DNA from: Eledone cirrhosa
Lineage: Eukaryota
Length of the DNA: 64,000 nt
Direction of reading: 5' to 3'
Assembly (NCBI GenBank): GCA_964016885.1
Contig: OZ024758.1
Span: forward strand, 5,022,001-5,086,000
In this document: positions 53,966 through 64,000 of the stretch, piece after piece
Numbering within the stretch: the stretch's first letter is position 1
Layout: each line of letters opens with the position of its first letter
Position numbers and translations under genes: made by a program
Notes under the pieces: generated by a model
Told to the model about the DNA's origin: nothing
What the model saw: only the letters and a program-made list of their open reading frames with translations
The model's database searches: none

Positions 53966-55309
53966 AAAGTGGACAGGAAAAGAGTTCCGATGGTGTGAGG
54001 GGGAGTGGTGGAAAGACATAAAAAGGCGGGGAGGTAGAGGATAAATATATATATATATATATTTATTGATATTGATAGAGAGTGAGTGAGAGAGAGATAG
54101 AGGAATATATTGCAAATTCAGCACGTGAGAATTATTTTCCCAATCTAATAAGTATGATTGCATTTTCATCTTAGACAACATTTAATCCGAAAACAAAATT
54201 ACATCAGAGAGCAAAAGAAAATACAAATATTTTGTGAAGACATTTATTGATTCTGTGTGGCTTTCTACTAGTTTCTACAACAACAAAAGATCTTAATACT
54301 GGAGAACTGTAAATAAATATGATGCAGTGAACTGAAAGGGAAGAGTTATAAAAATAATTTAACAACATTTTAATATCATTACAGTGTTGAATCCTCGATA
54401 AAAACTGATTTTCTTCTTTGAAACGAAAGTCAGTAAAGAACTTGAACTGGGAATCAGCAGTGTTCTCTAAGAGTCTATAGAAATTTTTGTGTGGATTTTT
54501 AAAATATTTATTCTTGAAACCACTGGGTATATATTTATTTTATAAAGCTATCAATATTTTACCGATCATTTCTTTGTCATAAGAATGCCAACATTGTCTG
54601 CGCAGAAATATTCCATTTTCTGAAGGGAAATACTAATGAATTCTCCTAATGTATATTTTTCAAATGAACTACAAGTTAAAGATGTGTATTCGTTACGTAA
54701 GAAAAAATGCAGTAGCTTTGATCATTAGAACTCAATAGTACATGAGTGGAAATGCTTAAACTATAAACATTCAAACCCTCTGAACAATTTACCCTAGCGT
54801 TCGTACTATCAAACACTTTAGTGATAATATGCTAGACTAGAGGTTCTCAAAGTAGGCGTTACCATCCCCTCCCCAGGGGGGGGGGGGGGAGAAGGTGAGG
54901 GGGCACTGGGGTCTAAGGAGGCGGTAGAGATGATATAATACTATATTCGATATCAAATACATATTTATAAATATAGTAAAATAAAAATATATGTATAACG
55001 GTGTTTTAGTTTGCTTGAAGCATTGTTGAATAAGAAACACAAATTTAAATAATTTTTAAAACCATACAATGCACTAGAAAATTAAAATTGCTAAGATAAC
55101 AATAGAATCTTACCTTAACAAATTTAATAATCCCAAATATTTTCGGGTTTAAAAACCCATTATCCCTGTGAGAGACTTAAAGGATCGATAGGAGTTGACT
55201 TGTTGTGAAGGCAGATTTAAGTTAAATGTAATAAAAATACATTAAAATTTCGACCGTTGTGAAATGTCTATATTTATTTATACTTATTTTATATTATATT
55301 ATTTATTAA

Positions 55310-55500
55310 GGGCGGTGGATTGGCAGTATCGGTTGAGAGTCGGACACCATGCTTTGCAACATAGAGTTACGGCCCTTTATGTTCTGTGTTCAAGTCCCAC
55401 TGAGGTTAGCTTTGTCTTTCATCCTTACGGGGTCGATAAAATAAAGTACCAGTAATGCACTGGGTAATTGCTGGTCTTGTGCCAAAAGTAGAAACAATTA
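55310..55500 (+). mobile_element. main-family SINE
   Basis: Full length. Confidence 0.9.
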
Positions 55501-55699
55501 TTATCACATTTTTCTTTCCCCAGCATGTGTATCTTCATTCTTCAAGGAATTTAATTCCTGCATTTTCTTCTAATATGTCTCTATAACTTTAAATGCAAAA
55601 TTACCTCCATTAACATTACTCAACATGTCCCACAATATGATAGATTTAACTCATTTGATACGAAACTGCCTAGAACCACCCTAAGTCTAAAGTTTTTCT

Positions 55700-55968
55700 T
55701 AAGCCAGAAGGCTCATTTGGCCGGTGCTTATCCTGGTTTCATGGTGTGAAGTGACTGAGAGTACAAGATTCCCCCACTGGACAGTACGCCAGTCCATCGC
55801 ATGGTTAAACCCCTAGCTATTGCCAGTACTCATTTTCACCTGAGTATACTGGAGCAACGTGAAATGAAGTGTTTTGTTCAAGAAAACAACACGCAACCCA
55901 GGAATCGAACCCACGACATTATGATCGTAAGTCCAACACCCTTACCACTAGGCCATGTGCCTCCACCC
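55700..55968 (-). mobile_element. CORE-type tRNA SINE
   Basis: CTGGAGCAACGTGAAATGAAGTGTTTTG..CAGGAATCGAACC (B box on -)..TTACCACTAGGCCA (A box on -). Confidence 0.8.
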
Positions 55969-56572
55969 TGGTTCTATCATACAAAGTTAGTTATTTTCCA
56001 ATTATTACGTTTTATCTAAATCCATTCTATAATAATTATATGTAACAATATTGTTAGGTCTTCTTCCAAAAGCCATTTGAATAATAAGAAATCTAATTAC
56101 ATTATTAAATCTTTCCAAAATGATTATAGGCAGTGTTTTTCATTGGAAATATGGTAATGAAAGAGTTAAACAAATGGTGGCAAATGGTTTTTTTCTCTAA
56201 AGCACGACGTATATTTAAACAGATTATCAAAAATGAAATAATGAATTTAAGTAATAGAATATCATATTGAATCCTATCTTAATTTTCTTCTCGAAAACTG
56301 CGATCATAAATAAACATTTTTTCTGACTAGATTGCAAATACTTTCAAACATAACCTTTGTCCTGAATTCCCAATGAAAGCGTCAAAGAAAGTGTGTAGCT
56401 TTTATTTACTAACTGTTTTAATCTCACTTCATATAATAATAGAATCCAAAACATGTTATAAACAAATCTCCTCTCTTTTAAAACAACACCTGTTCCCAAG
56501 TGTTCAATAATCTGATGTGAAACTAAAAACATTTACCTTTTATTTCAATATTTTCAGTTTGTGTTATTTTTA

Positions 56573-57140
56573 ATAATTGTTTCTACTTTTGGCACAAGGC
56601 CAGCAATTAGTCAGTACATTACTGGTACTTTATTTTATCGATCCCGTAAAGATGAAAGGCAAAGTTCGCCTCGGTGGGATTTGAACTCTACCGATACTGC
56701 CAATTCACCACCCTATAAAATCAGATTGTGTTATTTTTAATAATATTGGCGGTGGATTGGCAGTATCGGTAGAGGGTTGGATGCCATGCTTTCTGGCATA
56801 GTTACGTCCTTTTATGATCTGAGTTCAAATCCCGTCGAGGTTAACTTTGCCTTTCATCCTTACGGGGTCGATAAAATAAAGTACCAGTAATACACTGCGG
56901 TAATTGCTGGCCTTGTGCCAAAGGTAGAAACAATTATTTAATTGCTGGTTAGTTTGGCAGTATCGGTAGAGCGTCAGACGCCATGCTTTGCAGCGTAGGA
57001 GTTATGGCCCTTTATGTTTCTGAGTTCAAATCCTGCCGAGTTTAACTTTGCCTTTCATCCTTACGGGGTCGATAAAATAAAGTACCAGTAATACACTGGT
57101 ATTATTGCTGGCCTTGTGCCAAAATGTAGAAACAGTTATT
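56573..57140. mobile_element. three main-family SINEs (-, +, +)
   Basis: 56573-56714 (-), 56748-56937 (+), 56950-57140 (+); all bordered by GTTATTTTTAATAAT-like repeats. Confidence 0.88.
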
Positions 57141-57480
57141 TTTAATAATATTGAAAGTAGAGACTTGCCCAATTGTTTTACAACAAATATCAGTTTCCTT
57201 ATGCACATGGAATAGTAACAGTTCTTAGTTTCAGTACTAACAGACTACACACTTCTACTGTGATTCTAAGTCAATAATATAAATGGAACGATCTGCATAT
57301 ATGATATCTCCGAAGAAAATTAATCTATCTGAACTTGACATAACCTTTACTCTCTAAACTATTTCAGATAAATTATTCTCCAGCTTACTCAATCATTTTT
57401 ACAAATGTCAGTTTACATATTATTCTCTTGTAGTTTTCTGATATGTTCACAGTATGTTACTGTCATCATCCTCTCTCTCT

Positions 57481-57535
<55 letters not shown>

Positions 57536-57759
57536 GCTCTCTCTCTAGCTCTCTCTCTAGCTCTCTCTCTAGCTCTCTCTCTCTCTCTCTCTCTCTCCTC
57601 ACTTTCTCCTCTCTTACTCTATATTTTTTCTTATATATATATATATATATAAAGAAAAAAATCTAATACATGTAAACGAAACTTCCTCGTTTTTTCTAAT
57701 ATATACACTCTGCCTGTGCATGGAGTGCTTTTTTCGGTACTACCACCAGTAATTCCCAG

Positions 57760-58036
57760 CCAACACCTACAACACTCCAGCTATATATACAATGAATTAG
57801 CAACCAACAGCCAACTCCTACAATACTCCAGCTATATATACACAATGAATTAGCAACCAACACCTACAATACTCCAGCTATATATACACAAATAATTAGC
57901 AACCAACTCCTACAATACTCCAGCTATATATACAACCAATTAGCAACAAATACCTACAACACTCCAGTATATGTACAACGAATTAGCAACCAACATCCAC
58001 AACACTCCAGCTATATATACAATGAATTAGCAACAA
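57760..58036. repeat. ~45-bp minisatellite, about 6 copies
   Basis: CCAACACCTACAATACTCCAGCTATATATACAATGAATTAGCAA recurring. Confidence 0.9.
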
Positions 58037-58265
58037 TCAACTCTTGGTATAGTGTCAATTACATTTAACTTAATGCACCTCGATTTATCATGTTTAACAG
58101 AATTCTTATTCAACCAATTCTAAAGAATATCACGATTTAATTGATCAGAATCTATCAAAGAATTCCCCGTATTTATCCAAATTGCGTTCGGTAAATAAAA
58201 TAAAATAAAATAAAAGTCACCTACCTCCCTTATCTATATACCTATCTATCGATTCCTTCCTATAT

Positions 58266-58387
<122 letters not shown>

Positions 58388-58537
58388 CCGTGCGTATGTA
58401 TTCTTTAAATTGAACAGTTGGTGATATACCTGCACGATTTAATCTCTAGCAAGATTACATGTTGGAAACATCTAAATGTACCTCGCTATACTTAATACCC
58501 CCTCCCCCCCATATATATATATATATATATATATATA

Positions 58538-58725
58538 ACAAAGGAAAAGTGGTAAGGAACCAGATGGACCATAACGCACCAGAGTACTCAATACTTAGGG
58601 TAGTAGAGTGCGTAATAGGAACAAGTATGACTCCGACGGCAGAGCTCAAGCCGTTTCGACGGCTATTTCTGGACTGAAATAGCCGTCGAAACGGCTTGAG
58701 CTCTGCCGTCGGGGTCATACTTGTT

Positions 58726-58730
<5 letters not shown>
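58538..58730. mobile_element. Penelope-like family A fold-back
   Basis: 55-bp arms 58615-58669 and 58676-58730 (1 mismatch), loop TGGACT; (TA)n on both sides. Confidence 0.65.
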
Positions 58731-58760
<30 letters not shown>

Positions 58761-58764
<4 letters not shown>

Positions 58765-59049
58765 GGTGTGGGATGCTTAAAGCGTCTAAGCGGTAGACCG
58801 TTTGAGCACTCGATGCTCTTACAGAGCAGAGAATGATATCACATAAGAATCAGTGTTGCGACGAATAAAATGTATTAGACATAATACAAGCGTTTCTCTG
58901 GTCGTTAGAGAAACGCTTGTATTATGTCTAATAAATTTTATTCGTCGCAACACTGATTCTCCGTTTCTTATGTGATATCATTCTCTGCTCTGTAAGAGCA
59001 TCGAGTGCTCAAACGGTCTACCGCTTAGACGCTTTAAGCATCCCACACC

Positions 59050-59053
<4 letters not shown>
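58761..59053. mobile_element. near-perfect 293-bp fold-back element in (TA)n
   Basis: Arms 58761-58899 and 58907-59053, loop GGTCGTT; one mismatch and one 8-bp indel seen. Confidence 0.8.
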
Positions 59054-59137
<84 letters not shown>

Positions 59138-59140
<3 letters not shown>

Positions 59141-59320
59141 CACTTAACGGGATCTTCTGAGTTTCAGAAGATCCAATTAAGCGAGAAAGCAGCGATTCTT
59201 TGCTTAAACTTTAATCTGTTATTTTAATAAATATTTTCTCTAGGGTTCTTATATATTTGATATATATTTATCCTTATCGAGTCCTCTTTGGATTTTAGTC
59301 TTCGCATTTATTATTATTAC
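59138..59320 (+). mobile_element. Penelope-like family B terminus with short fold-back
   Basis: GGATCTTCTGA gtt TCAGAAGATCC axis, then GAAAGCAGCGATTC..GGATTTTAGTCTTC. Confidence 0.55.
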
Positions 59321-61100
59321 TATATATATATATATATCACATTGATTTTATATACATTCCGACTGATTCTCTGTATTACTATTGCTTTTGTACTTCTATT
59401 GTCTTGGTATCAGTTAATGTTACTCTATTAGTAACATTCTTGTTTGTAACTGTGTTGATATTATCGGATGATCGATCTGCTGCCGCCGAATATATTATAT
59501 TGTCGATTCAGTGACTTGTGTAGTTGTTTTAAACATTGTTTGGTGCTCGCATTTTCACTATCATTCCATTTACTATAATCATAATAACCAGATGTTAGAC
59601 GCAGGCATGGCTAAGTATCTAATATCATGAGCAAGTGTCGACTCATTTCTGCAGCCGAATAAACTGGAACAACGTAAAATAAAGTGTCTTTTATATTTGC
59701 AGCACTCATCAGCTATTGCTTAATAACCAACTAACCAACGTATTTATATATGTGTAGAGGAGTGCAAGTAGCTAAAGTGATTGTAGTATAGGGCGGTCAG
59801 CTGAGGTTCCAATGGTTGATATCATTTACCCAGTATTATGGACTATAGCTGGCCAAACAAACAGTGAAGGAATACGACTTGAACTTAGTTATTTCGCTCT
59901 AAACCAGAGTTTTCCAACCTGGGAGATTTCAACGGTTAGGTGGGTGATGAGCAACTAAACCGAAAATGGTGGACAATTGAAGATTTTGGTGGATGATATA
60001 GGATATTGAGTATTAAGAAGGTATTTCAACATTTGATACCCGAAAAAATATATTCAAAAGAGATATGCAAAGAACCTTTATGAAAAATCACAAAACAAAA
60101 CAAGAGGCTAAATGTGAATAACGATTCAGTAACAAACTTTTACCAAACATTTTTGGAGGCTTTTGAATATTTACTATACATTTGTTCAACCCGAAATCCA
60201 CTCTGATTAAGGATATGTATGATGAAAGGCATTTTAACCATGACAATCTTGATTTTGTCCCAGAGGTAGTGTACCCTATACAGCATTATATAATTTGAAA
60301 CTTTCAGTGTGGCTCAAAGGAGATTTGAATCAACCACTCAGAGATTCCCTCGCTGGCTCAAATATACATTAGTAATGTTCAATGGCGTATGAAAATCGTC
60401 TGTTTTATTAACTAATATTTCATTAGATTGCAGAGTTACTCACGAGTCTTTATTGAAATAGGAAAAAAGAAAAAGAAGTTAGAGAAAGATTAAGGAAAAC
60501 GAAGGCAAAATGGAGAAAGAAATTCAAGTTGAGGCACGATTTTGGTACCTGGTTGTATCAATGACTGTGAGTAGCATGAAATATTCCATTTTGAACTGGT
60601 AAGATAAATCAGTATATAGAACTTCACACGTTTAGCTTAAAGCAAACAAAAAGAAAACAAAAAGAAAACTACGAATTGAAAATACGAAATACGTTGAAAC
60701 CTTAAAAACAACTTGAGTGATACATAAAATAAAAGCTTCCGGGTTTATGTATCATTATGTGCATAACACATACTTATATTAGTATTACATTTACACCTTT
60801 AAATTGCAGGTAAAAGCAAGATGACTTATTTATGGTAACGCTTCCTACTGATTCAAAAGAGGAACGCCCATGAATAAAACTCTAATGAGTGGGCGATGAA
60901 AGATGTACTTCAAAGAGTCTTACATTTTTTTACCATTCTAAAGCTGAGCACATGAAAATCATTACTCATAACATGAATCTTCTCTCTTTCTATCTATCTC
61001 TCTTCCTCCCCCCTCTCTATCTCTCTTGCTTCCTCTTTCTCTCTCTCTTTCTCTCTCTCTCTTTCTCTCTCTCTCCCTCTCACATTATATATATATATTT

Positions 61101-61134
<34 letters not shown>

Positions 61135-61163
61135 CACATACATACATATATACATATATATAT

Positions 61164-61219
<56 letters not shown>

Positions 61220-61456
61220 ATTAATTAATAATTAGATATTAGGATTCTTCTTTATAGTGTGCAGATATTGCCAGATTGTAACATGGCGATTGTTGCTGCC
61301 AGTCTTTGAAAACATCCAAACATTACAAGAAATATAAAATATATAGAGACTAACAAAAGTGTTGATACGACGAGTTGCTTTTTAGGATTTACTGCGTTTC
61401 TTTAATTAACTTAGAACAATTCCTGTGAGAGTGACTGTATCTTTTATCATTTAGAG

Positions 61457-61900
61457 CAGGCATGTCAAATTGAGGGTCTCCCGAGGGCCACATGGTTCAC
61501 ATATGTGTTGTCCGAGTGTGTGTGACAGCTCACACCTATATAAAGGTTTAGCTGGCCTCCTCCAAGGTATATCTCGTTGTAGGTGTCTTGGGTGATTTAA
61601 TGATAGGGACCCCAGTCCTATCATCTCATTTCTACAGCTGAGTAAACTGGAGAAACGTGAAATAAAGTGTCTTGCTCAAGGAAACAACACATCACCCAGT
61701 CCGAGAATTGAACTCACAACCTTTTGATTACAAGCCCAATGCTCTAACCACTAGGCCATGCGCCTTCACCGAGGGCCACACACGACAACTAATTGCGCAC
61801 ATTACAACTAATTTTACGAATATAAAACATTGTCGTGCTGCAAAAACCTTTGTGTGGGCCGCATGTGTGCTTGTAAAGGGTCGCATGTTTGACATGCCTG
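61457..61900. mobile_element. hAT MITE with nested CORE-type SINE (~61625-61770, -)
   Basis: Perfect 13-bp TIRs CAGGCATGTCAAA / TTTGACATGCCTG; imperfect 8-bp TSD ATTTAGAG / GTATAGAG. Confidence 0.85.
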
Positions 61901-62105
61901 GTATAGAGAGTACTTTATTTTATCGCTCTCGAGAAGATGAACGCCAAAGTTTCCGTCTTCGGCGTTATTTCAACTTATAGTGCACTAAAATGGAAAGACA
62001 ATTCAGAAGCTGGATCAAAGGTCTTCCTTCTATCCATTCTGTTAATTTCCAATTTAGAATTATTTCCCTATTCAAGGTTTTTTTTCATAGGCATGTGTTT
62101 CTATA

Positions 62106-62427
62106 TCTACTACTACTACTACACTATCCCGACACCCCGTTGCCAAGCGGTTTAGCCTTGTGTTCAGAAAGCCTGTCGTTATTCCCACCATGCATCTCGT
62201 CATTCATTGAGTACTCCCTTTGTGGTCAATTCGTCTCAAGTACTTTTAATTTGCCAGTTGCAGACTGTGCATCAATATCAGATATTTTTCTCCACAAAGT
62301 TGGGTCACCAACAGCAGAGTTTAAAGAGCAAAGATCAAGTCCAGTCCATAGGCTGACATTATCAAGCCATTGTTTTGGCTGCCGGCTTCTATCAGCTACA
62401 TGTGATCAAAAACAATCCACATCACCT
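62106..62427 (-). mobile_element. RTE-clade LINE 3' end with (GTA)n tail
   Basis: Minus strand translates RSRQPKQWLDNVSLWTGLDLCSLNSAVGDPTLWRKI, the W.D....WTG.......D...WR C-terminal pattern of RTE ORFs. Confidence 0.7.
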
Positions 62428-63067
62428 TAGAAAGAAGAAAATATTTATACATAACTTTGGCATATGTCAGGTATTGTGAGAGAAATGTGTAACCGATATA
62501 ATTAAATCATTCGTTTACTTTTACTTGTTTCATAATACTCCAGGTGAGGATTAAATACAATTGAAAGTCAACTGCGGTGAGATAAAACGAAAAGATGCAG
62601 AGAAAATTCATGTAACGTTCTTCCAGTATGAAGATAATTGGTATGAAAATATTGACAAAACATAACATGAAAAAATTAATAGGACATAAACGCAAGATCA
62701 TTTTTTAAATATATTTTTAGTTATAAAAATGAAGTGTTTGAGTATCCGTTTGTGGGTTTTTTGTAAAGTTGTATATATTTTGTAAAGTAATATAAATAGA
62801 GTTGATAGGAGGAAATTAAAATTTACATTATATTCAATAATATATAAACGATGTTGATAAAAAGTATAAACTATCAAATGCAATGAAATATATCCAGCGA
62901 AATTAATATCAAATTTGAAAAATTGTTCTTCTCTCAGAGGAACGAGAACCAATGATGTAAGAACGATTAAGTGAAGCCAATGTGTGTTTTATAGATCGCA
63001 GAATTGTGACAAAAATCAACACGGAGCATGATTTGTAAAGTATAAAAATATACATAGTAAGCCTAAA

Positions 63068-63499
63068 TGTATGTTTATGATGTGTTTATGATCTATGTTT
63101 ATGATCTGTGTTTATGATCTATGTTTATGATCTATGTTTATGATCTGTGTTTATGATGTATGTTTATGATCTGTGTTTATGATCTGTGTTTATGATCTGT
63201 GTATATGATCTGTGTTTATGATCTGTGTTTATGATCTGTGTTTATGATCTGTGTTTATGATGTATATTTATGATCTGTGTTTATGATCTATGTTTATGAT
63301 GTATGTTTATGATGTATGTTTATGATCTATGTTTATGATCTGTGTATATGATCTATGTTTATGATCTGTGTTTATGATCTGTGTTTATGATGTATGTTTA
63401 TGATCTGTGTTTATGATGTATATTTATGATGTATATTTATGATCTGTGTTTATGATCTGTGTTTATGATCTGTGTTTATGATCGGTGTTTTTGATCTGT
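63068..63499. repeat. 13-bp minisatellite (GATCTGTGTTTAT)n, about 33 copies
   Basis: Direct reading. Confidence 0.95.
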
Positions 63500-63779
63500 A
63501 AACACATATAAGGGTTTCTACTGTTTTGTTATATCAATACCCATTGGTTCCTTTCGGATAACCACTTCATATCTTGTGGGAAGACAAACAAAACCCTTTG
63601 TTAAACATTCCCAACCAACATTCACTATTTCTCAGTCACTTGTCTCAACCTACTCTAATCTCACTGCCTTCTTCTTCTTCTTCTTCTGATGATGATGATC
63701 ATGACCACCGCCGCAACCACCTCCACCACCGCCACTACTACTACTACTACTACCACAACATCACTAACATCGCCGCCAT

Positions 63780-63814
<35 letters not shown>

Positions 63815-64000
63815 ACACTACTGCTACTCCCGACCATCACAATAGCTAATTAATCTTCGTGTAGTAATTATTATTAAATGGTAATGGTTATAGAATTATT
63901 GTTCCTATAATTAATACTCCTATACTTAATGCATGAGATAATTATCACTGATGAGGTTTAATTAGGGGAAGATTTAGCTGCCAAGAAGATCGAGAGGGTC

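Noticed and set aside
61990-62430. 146-aa plus-strand ORF
   Set aside because: It is the antisense of an RTE LINE 3' end.

Overview
AT-rich, microsatellite-dense eukaryotic DNA, intronic or intergenic. The SINE repertoire suggests an octopod cephalopod (inference from recognised SINE types; no search was run). No complete protein-coding gene is visible, and almost all listed ORFs are artefacts of simple repeats. The window is a mosaic of about 30 copies or fragments of a tRNA-derived SINE with a Nin/Deu-type central domain, CORE-type SINEs, mariner/Tc2/hAT MITEs (two have seeded tandem arrays), and 3' ends of RTE-clade and CRE-clade LINEs. It also holds a decayed Penelope ORF and many short Penelope-like termini stacked in (TA)n tracts. 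The most interesting signal is in these termini. Several carry minimal hammerhead ribozyme (HHR) motifs, one with a fully canonical core at 53572-53616. Several are fold-back palindromes or truncations whose axis falls on HHR stem-loop II, suggesting that the ribozyme hairpin stalls or self-primes reverse transcription. One possible Cys-rich host exon lies on the minus strand. Coordinates of degenerate repeats are approximate; all alignments and folds were done by eye.
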